Source of the DNA: Epiperipatus broadwayi
Taxonomy: Eukaryota > Animalia > Onychophora
Direction: 5' to 3'
Assembly: GCA_028023455.1 (NCBI GenBank)
Contig: JAQFVV010000007.1
Location: 17,918,001 to 17,982,000, forward strand
DNA length: 64,000 bases
Under the pieces are notes generated by a model. That model ran no database searches, was not told the origin of the DNA, and worked only from the letters and a program-made list of their open reading frames with translations. The position numbers were made by a program, and so were the translations under genes. Shown here piece by piece: positions 1 to 12,430 of this stretch (position 1 is its first letter; each line of letters starts with the position of its first letter).

Positions 1-1962
1 CAAACATCATTGATTTAATGTTAAGTACAATAGTAGTGAGGAAAATTTATTACCTGCTAAATTGAATTACAATCTGACACATGCTAGTAAAATTCATTGA
101 TTAGAACTCAATATAAATAATTATAATAAGCATAAAAAGGCAGAAAAGCTCATTTTCTTACACATATTTTTGGGTATCCATTTCAAATTCCCAAAGTGTT
201 CTATTTAATCATTTTATGTATCTTTTGAGCTATCAGTTCAGTTATATAAATGGCAGCAATAATAAATATATGATCAAAAATAAAAGAAGTAAATATTAGC
301 AAATTAATAGCTCTTGCATAAACAGTCAATAATTATAATTTATTTGTTTGAAAATTGATGAAATTGTAACATATTTCTATTTATTATTCTTCTTTACTTT
401 GTAAAAAAGTAACTATCAAGTTATTGAAGTTTGGCATTAATGCAGAAAAATAAGTTGGATTAATTGTTCCATGAGATTGTGTTTCATTAAAAACACATTT
501 TATAATCTTTATTTGGATTTAAAGTTTATATCTGGGTTAAGAAGGATTATTCATTTTCAACATGAAAAAGGTTTAAATTATTGTATAATTGATAAAAGGA
601 TTGAAGATTCATTGTATTATAATCTTAAATGGATAATGAAGTCATAAATTAAAAGTAAGATTCCCATTAGTTCCATCCTAGTGCAATTGTTGAATCTATT
701 CCTCCTCAACTTTTGTTGAAATATTAGCGTATAAACTTCAAAAACAGATTGCTAAAAGAAAAAAATGATACAAATGACTTTGATAAATATTTGTATTACT
801 TCGAAATATTGAAGAAAAGAAAAGCTTTAATATTCAAGCTTGTGGTAAAACAATTTAAAAGTCTAAAACTACAATGTTTTATTATTGTTATATGATTTAT
901 GAATAAATAAAGAAAAGATATTTATGAAGCTTTACAGTATTATTAGGGAATAGAAAATTATTTTCCAACTTCTTAGGGATATCATGCTCTTTATTCATTA
1001 ATGAATGACAGCAATATAAAACTTGTTGAAATTATTTATGAAAAGCTACAAAATACTAGAAGCTAATTTCTTTGTATATTTGAAATATCATTACTTAAGA
1101 ATTTTAAACAAAATAAAATAGCTGAACTTTTATTTATGATTTTTTAAAAGAACAGTACTTATGCAAAAAAATTTCCAAGACTGTAATGTTTTATTTCATT
1201 ACTAATTAATTTGATTATTTTATTATATTTTTCATTAATAAAATGAATGCTTATTATTATAGACTTCATTCTCAGTTTTTTCTCTCTCCACTATTACATA
1301 AATAGTCTCTTTTCTCTCTGTTATTACCATTACATAAAATATTGCCTACAAATACATACTTGTAAATAAAGTGATAATAAAAAATATATGTAACCCATAA
1401 AATACCCCCCCATAGCTTTGAGAACATGCTTTCCCTGTAGCTATGACTGGAATGTAGGGTACCTAAGTATATAAAAATTTAGAGAAATAATGCTAAATTC
1501 AAATTATTGTTTCACATACATAATTTATAATTAGCTATAGTTAACCATACTTCAGTATAAAGATATTAAAATGAAAGTTTTCATGGACAATAAAAATATT
1601 ATTATCCATAGTAGCTTCACAAACAATAATATAGAATATTAAAATATATAAATATATCCAACATTTCCATAAAATAGCATTTGCTCCAAATTGAGAGAAG
1701 ATATTATATCATTACCAAGATAAAGAGTTTCTAGATTTTTGTAGTAACTATAATATCTTTTTCCACTTGAGAGATATTTTATGGAAAGAAAAATGTTTAT
1801 AAATTTTAATATTGTACATAGTCATTGTTCCCAGAAGCTATTATGAATAATATATATTTATAGGAATTTAAACACAGACTTTTAAGCTTCATTCAGCTAT
1901 CCATTCTATCTCATACCACTGATACCCATGACCACACACATGTAAAAAAGGAAAATGATAAA

Positions 1963-2019
1963 TGATCACCAATATATGTGTTTCATGCTGAACCAGAACT
2001 CATCAGGTAGTCCAAATCA
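1963..2019 (-). ncRNA. Type-I hammerhead ribozyme motif, core intact, stems partly degenerate
   Basis: Minus strand reads tgatttggactac CTGATGA gttctg gtt cagcat GAAA cacatat A ttggtgatca. Confidence 0.55.
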
Positions 2020-2098
2020 TTATCTCCTCCCCACACATATATAATTATTGCTCAATTCATATAAAGATGGCAGATAATTAAATATGTGTGGAAGATAA

Positions 2099-2155
2099 TG
2101 ATCTGGATCAAGTGATGAATGCTGGTTCAGCATGAAATAGATATAGTGGTTATCA
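2099..2155 (+). pseudogene. Degenerate hammerhead motif (CUGAUGA changed to GUGAUGA)
   Basis: tgatctggatcaa GTGATGA atgctg gtt cagcat GAAA tagatat a gtggttatca. Confidence 0.55.
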
Positions 2156-2560
2156 TTTATCTTTTGCACATGTGTGTTGTTATGTGTATCAGTGGTGCGA
2201 GATAGATTAGATAACTGAAGGAAGCTTGAAAGTCTGTGTTTAAATTCCTATAATTACAATTAAATTCCAGGTATATAAAATGTTCCTGTATTTCAGATAT
2301 TATAGATTCAGCCTACATCCTGCTCATTTCTCTTCTATGTATTTAAATGGGCAGGGTCCTATAATTGACAAGCCAGAGTGACTTAGAGTCAACCTGGGCA
2401 TGACAATAATGTTGGCATTGCCATGGGTTTTGCATATTTCATCATTCAGATTTTCAATGGTATAGATGGCTGAAGGGTTGCAAGGTGGAGTGGATTGAAA
2501 CCTGCCCATTAAAGTTTAGAGATGTTTTATCTTAATGTAAACTGAGCAATGTTTGGGAGA

Positions 2561-2616
2561 TGATCTGGACCAGCTGTTTGAGTGCTGGTTCAGCACGAAA
2601 TACATATTGTTGATCA
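2561..2616 (+). pseudogene. Degenerate hammerhead motif (core CUGUUUGA), perfect stem II
   Basis: tgatctggaccag CTGTTTGA gtgctg gtt cagcac GAAA tacata ttgttgatca. Confidence 0.55.
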
Positions 2617-2894
2617 TTGATTTTTTCCACGTGTGGTCATGTGTTTTGATGGTATGAGATAGAATGGATAGCTGAAGGGAGCTTCATGTTTGTGGTAAAA
2701 TCCCCCATAATTACAATTAAATTCCAGATATATGAAGTATGCTTGTATTTCAAATATTATATATATATAATATATCTTAATTTTATTATATATATATATA
2801 TATATATATATAATTTAACTGCATTCTTTTATAGAAGTTTTTTTATCTTTCAAGTAGCAATATTTGGTGAAAAATCCAACTGACTTCCAACTAG

Positions 2895-4830
2895 ATATAT
2901 GTTTATGGCAATTGACAGGGCTTGCCACTAAGTGCACTCTTCTTCATGGCCTATATAAACCTGTTGCTGCTACACATTGAAGCTGTTCTATTGGGAATTG
3001 CCATCCTTTTGCTGGGAGAGAGCATGCCCCACATTTCCTACATGGATGACATGATGTTGTTTTTCTCATCTCAGGATAAGTTTACTAGGTTCAAAGAACT
3101 CTTGGACCAGTTCGCTTATGAACTCGGTCAATGAGTCAATGGAAGAAAATTGGCTATTTGGTCCATCTTGATGAGGAAGCAAATTGTATGTAGATTTTCA
3201 GTTCCCCCTCAGTAGTTTTCTGGCTTTCACCTTGCCCCCCCCCATCAGTAATGAAAAAAGATTTAGAGAGCTCTCTTCTAACAAAAATGGAAAACACCAT
3301 CAACTCCCTATTCAAGATCTACCTTTCCTTGTTGGGAAAGGTGATCCTCCTGAATGATGTTATTCTGCCAAAGATCATATATTACCTCACCAGGTTCTCC
3401 CTTACTAGCATCTTTATCAGAAAGATTGAAACCCTGTGCAGAAAATTGTGCTGGGGGAGGAGTGAACTTCTGTCCTCAGTCTAAACTTACTCCAAAAACC
3501 CAAATCCCTTAATGGATTGGGTCTTCACTCCATCAAGGTGTTTCTTACACAGCACATTCACAAAATCCTTGTGAATATTTTCAGAGATAACCTAAACATG
3601 CAAAGCCCTCTTCCCATAGAAGAGGTTGAGCCTATAGATAGTCTCCCTCCTAGAAAAAAATCATTTGGATACAGCAACAACTAGTGCTGATCCTGAACAC
3701 AATTAAGACCTCTGGCTCATTATTTCCAAGAAAAGATGACCTACTGGAACTCTTACCTGCTGTTCAATGTCAGACAGTCCAAGACTCAAAACATTCTTCC
3801 AGTTGGGATCTCTCATCTTACCCAGTTGATCAAGTTCCTCAAAATGGAACCAAAGTTTGTGGACTTCCTTTTGAAGGTCAATCTTGTTATCCTGCCCACC
3901 AGTATGTTTCTTTGCTTCCAAAGGGGATTCAAAATAGATCCCATCTGCCTCTTATGTCAAAAGCATGATGAGTCAATGACTCACATCCTTAGTCAATGTG
4001 AAGTGTGGGCTCACCTTCACAACCTTGCTCAAATAAAAATGACAATGCCTGATCTGGCTCAAGTTCACCTAATTCCCACTATCAAAAAGGAACATTTGAC
4101 TCTATTTGATTAGCTACTCACATTAATTTCATAATCTGGGCAATTAGATGCCAGATACTGTTTAAAAAGAACCTGGACTGTTCTATAGATGTGCTATTCC
4201 TCAGGTTACTGCAGAAATCGATGGACAAAGACAATAAAACTTGTATGCCATGGCTTGTAGACCAAACCTGGAGCTTGATAAGATTCTAGTTCCTTTGTTT
4301 CTAAATTTCATCTCCTCCCTAATATGGACTTGAACTTTATTTTGTCTCACTGAGCTTCAATATGGACTTGATCTTTATTTAGTCTGGATAAAATTTCAAG
4401 ACCCCATATTGCTTTGATCACTTTACATGTTGACTTACTTTTCAGCCTATTGTTTAACACACGACCATATGATCAGGATGTCTAAACATTTCCATGTATC
4501 TGAAACCTTATTTAACAACCAATTAGAAGGCAAATTCAAACTCATATTGTTTTCATTATATAGCCCTCTTATAATTTGTTTTCCTCTAATCAACAGTGTT
4601 TTATCAGATCTAGTATAATGTAATTGAGTGCTAACATTTATGTGAATCTTGCTATATTTAATGTAAACTTTCTCACCTCCTTGTTTATATGTGTAATTTC
4701 TTTATTTAATTACTGTTTGTAACTCTGATCCAACCACTTATTGGTTGTCTAATGAGACCATGGATACAGATCAACCTAATGTATTTTCCTTTGTGTGTGA
4801 ATAAAGTTTGTTTTTTGGAAAAATAAAAAA
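2895..4830 (+). mobile_element. Decayed 5'-truncated L1/Tx1-like LINE (RT C-terminal part, zf-RVT region, 3' UTR)
   Basis: Frame-broken motifs: *QGLPLSALFF (RQGxPLS), HISYMDDMMLF (YADD-type), LSLLGKVILLNDVILPKIIYYL...LCWG and KVNLVILPT...CLLCQKHDESMTHILSQC. AATAAA and an A-rich end near 4800-4830. Confidence 0.8.
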
Positions 4831-5190
4831 ATCTGACAACCTCCGTATATCAGAATATTGGATGAGGTTCCAACAAACTTTAATCCTACTATGTCTGTTA
4901 AATATGGTCACTACTGATAATATCAGGTTTTTGAAAAAAACATAAATCTAGCAAAAAATTAGTTGATTTTTTATTATTGAACATTGCCACTTAAAACATT
5001 GAAAAATTTCTATAGAGTGCTTAAGTAAATAACATTAGCATTATTGTATATTTATGTGATATTTAATTACACACATAAAATACTAAACAATTGATGGGAA
5101 TGGATAAGAGATTCTGATGTGGGCCAAATGATGACTGCTGTTTCAATATAAAATACGCAACTTGAGAATCATTTATCACTTTCACATATC

Positions 5191-6094
5191 TTTTTTTTTT
5201 TATTAAGGGAAATATATATGTACAATCACAGTATGAGTCTTTTTGTTTATATTTGTTATATTCATTACATTTGCTACATTTATTACATTTGTTGCACTAA
5301 TTTTTGCCACAATTCTATTTGTTTCATTAATCTTGACAAAATAATTTCCTTAGTCAGAGCATTAGGCTCTTCGTTTGATGACATGGTTTGTGATTATTAG
5401 GTAATTATTATTTTTTTGGCTTTCATTGACACTTCAAGAAGTTCATATAGTTGAATAGAATTATTTGTTGATTATGTGGTAATAATTAATTAAGATTTAT
5501 CTGAGAATAGAGCTCCTCGTCCAGTGGCCTAAGATGTGCCCAAGTGTCTCTAAAAGAGTTTCACCAGTGCTAACAGGCAATCTTGGTGCTTCACTTTGCA
5601 GATAAAGTTGTTATATATTGTCCATGGTTCTGCATTAACCTGCTTAAATACAAAATGGTTCCTTGTCAACCACACAGCCTTTAGCAAGAAGATCCCCATC
5701 CTAATCTTGGCAAAAATGCCACTTGTCATAGTGTCTTTAATATTCAGAATATTTTTTGCTACCCAGTGGTATTCTTTGTATAATATTTTGCCTAGCTGGA
5801 TTTAAGAAGGGGCAAGCAGTAAAAATATGACTAATAGTCTCATCCTCTGTCTCACACAGGCTGCCTAATAGTTCAATTCTGGAGTAGCCTATATAATTCT
5901 CCAAAAAAATGGTTTGTTGGCAGAGAGTCCAGATTAACTTTTATGATGAAATCGATGTACTTGGCTTCTAGATGCCAGTGCTTTGACTTTTTGATTAGAG
6001 ATTTTGTAGTTAGATTAAACTTACTAGGCAAATCAGTGGTATTTATGTTCATGAATCTATAAACCTGCCAGATGGTATTTTTGTTTTGCATGAT
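5191..6094 (-). mobile_element. 5'-truncated L1/Tx1-like 3' fragment with poly(A) tail and TSD
   Basis: T-run from 5191 is a poly(A) tail on the minus strand. ctttcacatatc(ttt) is duplicated at 5179 and 6095. Translates to FIIKVNLDSLPT and SLCETEDETISHIFTAC (zf-RVT-like). Confidence 0.75.
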
Positions 6095-6189
6095 CTTTCA
6101 CATATCTTTGGTCATATGTTTCAAAAAATTGTGATAAATAGAAGTTTGAAATATATATATGAAAATAATCTCAGTGCTAATAAATGTCC

Positions 6190-6404
6190 AAATATTAAAT
6201 CACCCACATAGTTAAGAAATTTAGCACTGCCCTCTATGAAATAAATACATAAATATATTAGAGTCCATATTTCAAAATAGCCAGCCTTAAAATTATATTA
6301 TTTTGATGCTGTATATTTTGAAATACAGACTCTAATATATTTATATATTTATTTCACAGAGAGTGGTGCTGAATTTCTTAATTATATGGGGTGATTTAAT
6401 ATTT
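6190..6404. repeat. Foldback (MITE-like) inverted repeat with about 90-bp arms
   Basis: 6190-6279 pairs with 6314-6404 (aaatattaaatcaccc... versus ...ggggtgatttaatattt). Confidence 0.8.
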
Positions 6405-7029
6405 GTATATTTTATATATGTGAAGCCAAAGGTATATTTTAAAAAAGTGAATATAAAAGTTAAAATTCCAGCATGAATTATGTATCTTACTTATTTGGAA
6501 AACAAAGTTAACTGGTTGTTTCAAAAATGCATCCAGAATGAGAGGTTGATCTGATATCTAGACTTATGGGTTTTGGTGACATGACTGAGCTAAAGTGAAA
6601 AATGCACTGAGATAAGAATAAAGTTTGAAAATAGATTATAGGGCAAATGCTACATCCCTTCATAAGGTATTAAAATGGGATAAAATCCATCCCTTCCTTA
6701 TGTGAGAGTAGTGTAGTGAAAGTTATCAAAACGATCAACATAGGCAGAGAAATCAGGTGCTAATGCCTCTACACACACATATTATTAATTAAATGAAAAT
6801 TAAAAAGTATATTTGGACTAGAGATAATCTCTATTTAAAGAGTATATTTGGACTAGAGATAATCTCTAATTTAATGAAAGATTAGTAATAATCCTTAATA
6901 TAATTCTATAAAGTGGTTTGTGGAAAAGTTGTGAGTTTAAAAAATTTGATCTTGCAATCAAACTATAATAAAGATGCTAATCTATAAAATCCTGCACAAA
7001 TAATAAATGAAAATGGATCTAAGAGATTG

Positions 7030-7086
7030 TGATATGGGCCAACTGATGAGTGCTGGGTTGGTATGAAATGTGCATATTGGAGATTA
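7030..7086 (+). ncRNA. Type-I hammerhead ribozyme motif with intact catalytic core
   Basis: tgatatgggccaa CTGATGA gtgctg ggt tggtat GAAA tgtgcat A/ttggagatta. Stem II is rich in G-U pairs. Predicted cleavage after 7076. Confidence 0.6.
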
Positions 7087-7658
7087 TTTTTTCAGGTTCT
7101 TGGCCATATGTTTCAGAAATTGTGGTGAAGCAGAAACTTGGAATATATATATAATGTTAAAGTCCATCCCAAAAAAGTGTACATGAAGTTAAAATTACAA
7201 TATAAGCCATGCTCACTTGGAAAAACTGGGGGAGCTGTGTCAAAAATTCATCTAGAGTAAAAAAGATTGGTTTGACATGTAGACTGGTGAATGGTTGTGA
7301 TGTGAGTGAGCTTAGGTGAAAGATACACTGGGATATGAATAAAAATTGAATGTATTTTACATAACAACAATCACAAGCTTATTTAAACTACAAATCTTCA
7401 ATATGATCTCAAGACAATCTCTCTAAGTAAAAGGTGGATTCATCTTTTACTTAAAGATGTTGTTTTGACAAACGGATTGAAGATTTATAATTTAAATAAG
7501 CTTGCAATTGTCAGCAAAATCAGGTTTGTTATCTAAATAATAAATAAATACATATGAAACATTGGGAAAGTAAACTATTCTTCCCACATGCACTATAAAA
7601 TAGATACACATTTCCCTGCCAATAAATGTTTTACTTCCATAATATTTTATATGTATAT

Positions 7659-7818
7659 AAATCGTTACATTATCAAATATTACACACAGAGAGATATATA
7701 GATAGTATTATTTTCAGGAGCTTCCGTGTAATAAAAATATAATAAGTAAATAGCTCCCGGAAATAATACTATGAATTCATCATTTATCTGTGAGAATATT
7801 AGAATTATGTAATGGATT
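7659..7818. repeat. Small foldback inverted repeat
   Basis: atagtattattttcaggagct (7702-7722) pairs with agctcccggaaataatactat (7752-7772); outer arms are looser. Confidence 0.6.
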
Positions 7819-9126
7819 CAGTACAGAAAAGTATCAATTAAAAAAACTTCATTGCATCTTCTCATGCCATAAACAGAATTTGAATCAAGGTTGGAGTGTG
7901 CATCAGAAACATTTTTAGATTCCAAGATTTAGGATTAATTTGTAGATCACTACTCCATAGTTAACTCATCTAGTGATCCAATTATAGAATATAGAGATTT
8001 AGTATTATTAGATAGAGCATGTGATCTCAGTTTATTCTACACTAATTCAATAAGATCAATGTTATAATTATAAACCACCCCAAAAATTGATTGTAATATG
8101 ATGCAATCTTTTAACTAGTGGAGAAATATTTTTTTTTTTTATAAGGATATTTTTATAAGCATACAGTACTAAACTCGGGGTTTATCTTTTTATTTTTAGT
8201 GATCACTAATTTAAAAGTTGTAAGATATAATCTAAAAAAAACAAGATATAAATGCAGTTAATATTATCAATCTTAAGAAATACTACAATGAATTTAAACT
8301 AAAACTTTTATAGTCCCACTACATTTATGCTATCTAATTTAGTTGGTCATGTGATCTTTTGGGGCATGTGATGTATTAATGGTTATAACCTAGAATTTAC
8401 AAATCATTTTAAATATTGACAGACATGAAGAGGAGTCCACTTAGTAAGATAAATAAGAAGATAACGATATTCTATTTAAAATCAGTTGTACTTATAGCTG
8501 AATAAAAAAGTAGGGAAATAATTTAAATTGACTCATTTAGAAAAATTGAATATAACAACAAAACATCACGTGGCATTTACAAATAGTTAATCTATTTCTC
8601 TTGCTTCAGTTCTGCCACCTTATGGAAATTTGAATAACGAATTGAGTCAGATGATAATGCTGCTGGACGAAAGGGGCACTAGAACCAAATTATGTATCTA
8701 GGTGCTTTAAATACAGATTCAAAACTCCTCATTGTTGAAATTAGTTTGGAGATATGAATAGGATCAATACTTGATAAGGATTTATTACAAACTACCAATC
8801 TACTGATTACACAATCTTACACTAGATGGCAAACTGGAATAGTAGTACGTTTGCTATTAAAAACCGAATATCTGATATAGATACATAAAAAGTCTATAAT
8901 AAATAATATATATATATATATAACAGTAAAATAAGCTAAGAAAGCAATAGTAAATGATAAATGTTTCAAAATTATTACACCTTAATATGGGAAGAAATGT
9001 TATGTCAGGAATCATAAAAAAATGGCATAATTATTTTTTTAAATTAAAAAGATATGAATTGTGTGGAACAATTTTACAAGAAGTATATTTAAATTAATAC
9101 ACTGTAAGAGTTTACACACACTACAT

Positions 9127-10570
9127 ATCATCATCATCAACCATTATCAATCCACTGCAGGATGAAGATCTCTCCAAGTTTAATCCATCTTCTCCGATCT
9201 TTAGCTTCTCTTCTCCACAACACACCTGCACTATTTTCTTATTTCATCCATCCATCTCACATGTGGTCTCTTTCTGGGTCTTTTACAATCTCTTGGAATC
9301 CAGTTTAAAATTTCAATTGTCCATCTATTACCATCTCTTCTAGTAATATCTCCAGCCCAACTCCATTTCAATCTTTTAATTTTTTCAATAAGGTCAGTAA
9401 CACCTGTTTGTTTTCTTACCCATACATTGCATTTTCAATCTCTTCTTGTTACTCCCAACATACATCTTTCCATACTCCTTTGAGTGGTCTGAAGTCTCTG
9501 TATTGCTCTTCTATTAAGTGTCCAAGTCTCAGATCCATAAGTAAAAACTGGTAAAACACATTTGTTAAAAATCTTCCTTTTCAAACATTATAGGCATATT
9601 TCCTTTTAGTATCAAGTTATTTCTACCAAAAGCACTCCAACCAAGTTTAATTCTATGATTAATTTCCTCCATTATGTTTCCATCTGTATTAATAATCTGA
9701 TCAAGGTATTTGTAACTGTTAACTTCTTCTAATTCTTCATAATCAATCTTTATTTTCATATTGTGAGAAAATCGATTAAACATTACTTTAGTCTTTTTAA
9801 CATTTATCTTTAGTCCTACTTTCCTACTTTCATCTGCTAACTCCTAAAACATTTCCTGCAGCTCTGAAGCATTATTTGCAAAAACAACTACATCATCTGT
9901 GAAATCTACATGACTTAAATACTCTCCATTTACTTTCACTCCTTTAGTTTCCCATTTTAATCCACAAAATACTTCTTGCAGCACTGCTGTAAAAAGTTTT
10001 GGAGATATGGAGTCACCTTGTCTTACACCTTTCTCAATGTTGACTTTCCCAGTATCATTATGAAATCTAATTGTTGCTGTTGCATTTTTATAAATATTCT
10101 TTAAAATATAACAATATCCTGGATCTATACCTTGATGATCCAATGCTTTAATCACTGAAGAAATGTGTATAGAATTGAATGCCCTTTCATAATCTACAAA
10201 TCCAAAACATAATGACAACTCATATTCATTTGTCCTTTCTATAACTTCTCTCAATACCTGGATATGATATACTGTACTAAAACCACTTTTAAATCCAGCT
10301 TGTTCTCTTGGTTGGTGGAAATCCAAAGTTCTCTGTAGACGAGTTGTAATTATCTTGGTAAAAATTTTATATAAAACTGATAAAAGGCTGATATGTCTGT
10401 AATTTCTAATATCTTCTTTATCATCTTTTTTAAATATTAATATTATTACTGCATTCTTCCAATCATCCGGTACATCTTTATCATTTAAGACATTTGGTAT
10501 ATAACTTTGCTAAAAAAATTTCTATTTCTTTACCTGCTTCTTTTAATAGATCAATTATAATATATAATGT
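9127..10570 (-). mobile_element. 5'-truncated RTE-clade LINE (RT domain, frameshifted)
   Basis: ORFs contain QPREQAGFKSGFST, FVDYERAFNSI, KGVRQGDSISPKLF, HVDFTDDVVVF and YKYLDQII...EINHRIKLGWSAF. The 3' end reads ...CTGCAGTGGATTGATAATGGT(TGA)n. Confidence 0.92.
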
Positions 10571-10959
10571 AATATATAAGAGATTCAAAATCAGACTTTC
10601 ACATGACCCTCAGCTGTCCATGCCATCTCATATTGCTGACCCACCTGATCATACACCACATGTTAAAAAGTTAAATAATCAGGAAACCAATGAGTGCATA
10701 GAATTGCAATAATATCAGATCACATGCAATACACCCATTTTAAATAAAAAGGTGAGACATGCAAATTGTCCAGGAAGGAATGTAATAGTTATAGATATTT
10801 TTAAAAAAATATTTTAAAAAATAAAAAAAAATGTTGGAAAAGCTATCTATCTAATGTCTAAATGGTAAGAATATATCAGATAAATTGATTGGATTAAAAA
10901 ATTAATAAACTCATAAAAAATATTGAATCCTCAAAGTTATTTATATTCTAATAAATTTT

Positions 10960-11900
10960 ATTAGTCTATTCATTAGACTAGAGATTATGCAATTAATAAA
11001 CAATATTTCTGCAATTTTCACTACACCACTCTCATGCAAGGTAGAGATTAGTTTCTATCTGCTTTTAATATCTTGTGGAGGTGTGTAATTATAAACATAT
11101 GGCAAGAGACAAGTGAAAAAGATTTATGACCATCAAGATGCATATTTCATGTTGAACCAGCACTCATTAGTTGGCCCAGATCACAAATTCCCACATATAT
11201 CTTTATTCAGTATACATAGAAAGCCAATTGCAACAGTTTAATTGATATGTCAAGCTCACCATTGACACTTTGACATAAATCACTTGATGAAAGTATATTA
11301 ATAATTTGTATTAGTCATTCATTAGACTAGAAATTCACAATAAATAATATTTCTGTAGAGAAATTTCCGCTGTGCCACTTTCACACAAAGTAGGGACTGG
11401 ATTCTATCAACTTTTAACATCCTTGTGAAAAGATGTAATCATAAACATACAAACAAAGATTTGATCAATATCTATAATTTCCAAGATGCAAATTTCATGC
11501 TGAACCAGCACTCATCAGTTGGCCCAGATCACAATCTGTTACACATATTTGTATTGTTATTCAATATATATAAATACTTAATTATTACAGCTAATTGGCT
11601 ATTTATATATACCGAACAATGATGAAGATATCTCTAAAAGATTGTGATTTAATTAGCTATCTATATATACTAAACAATGATAAAGATATGTGGAAGAGAT
11701 TGTGACTGGGCCAACTGATGACTGCTGGTTCAGCATGAAATTTGCAACTTGGGTATCATACATCATTTTCATATGTCTTTGATCATATATTTAGAATTAC
11801 ATCCATCAACAAAGTGTTAAAAATGGATAGTCCCTACCTAATGTTAGGGTGGTGTAGTGAAAATTACACTACATAAATATTATTTATCAGTATTCTATAA
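10960..11900. mobile_element. Hammerhead-bearing repeat locus (subfamily 2): two tandem minus-strand monomers plus an inverted plus-strand copy
   Basis: Motifs at 11127-11183 (-), 11475-11531 (-) and 11703-11758 (+). The minus copies are 348 nt apart. About 11340-11600 pairs with about 11650-11900. Confidence 0.75.
11475..11531 (-). ncRNA. Type-I hammerhead ribozyme motif, intact core, AUC cleavage triplet
   Basis: Minus strand reads tgatctgggccaa CTGATGA gtgctg gtt cagcat GAAA tttgcat C/ttggaaatta. Confidence 0.7.
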
Positions 11901-11944
11901 AAAAAAATTATTACATAGAACTGATTAAAAAATGATAAAATTGT

Positions 11945-12085
11945 CCACCTCCTACTTCTTCTTTTTTTTCTTTTTCTTCTTAATCATCATCTTCTTTTCT
12001 TTTTTCTTCCCTTTCATCATCATCATATTATTACTACTATTATTATTACTGTATTATTATTATTACTACTACTACTACTATTCGT
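11945..12085. repeat. Compound low-complexity triplet region (TTC/CAT/TTA/TAC)
   Basis: Mixed short triplet runs; they produce the poly-F/L/Y ORF at 11932-12120. Confidence 0.8.
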
Positions 12086-12377
12086 TCTGTTATTATCTTA
12101 TTTATATTAAGAGAAATTAATTTGTTGATATTAAACACAATTTCAATGTTTTCATTGGAGGATTGGTTGTAATATTGGTGGAGTTAAGATGAGGAATACA
12201 GTGATGACAACAACAAAAAAAAAACTTGAAAATATCTCTGCCATAATTACACATCCATAAAGTGTTAAATGAAGGGGGGGGGGAACAGTTCTTTTCTCTT
12301 TGAGAATGATGCAATCACAAAATAGTGAATTGCTAATGTGGTTATCTGTAAATAGGTAATTGATACATTTAACTCAC

Positions 12378-12430
12378 CTGATGACTGAAAGTTGTTTACA
12401 CACAGGCATGAAGAATCAGGCGTTTCATAC
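12378..12430 (-). other. Candidate small exon of an unidentified gene
   Basis: Acceptor ttatag| and donor CAG|gtgagt around 53 nt; one open frame YETPDSSCLCVNNFQSS. No homology recognised. Confidence 0.3.

Larger units (their letters stand above)
1845..2760. mobile_element. Hammerhead-bearing repeat locus (subfamily 1): inverted partial copy plus tandem sense monomers; retrozyme/Penelope-like non-autonomous element
   Basis: 1845-2040 is the reverse complement of about 2080-2262. The block ataattacaattaaattccag...tattat recurs near 2250 and 2708. Hammerhead-like motifs at 1963-2019 (-), 2099-2155 (+) and 2561-2616 (+); the two + cores are 462 nt apart. Confidence 0.75.
4960..7350 (+). mobile_element. 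Hammerhead-bearing repeat (subfamily 2), tandem sense copies interrupted by an L1-like fragment and a foldback
   Basis: Hammerhead-like motifs at about 5115-5171 (degenerate) and 7030-7086. Downstream segments about 6090-6640 and 7090-7350 align as direct repeats. Confidence 0.6.

Noticed and set aside
11932-12120. Poly-F/L/Y ORF
   Set aside because: Low-complexity triplet runs, not a protein.
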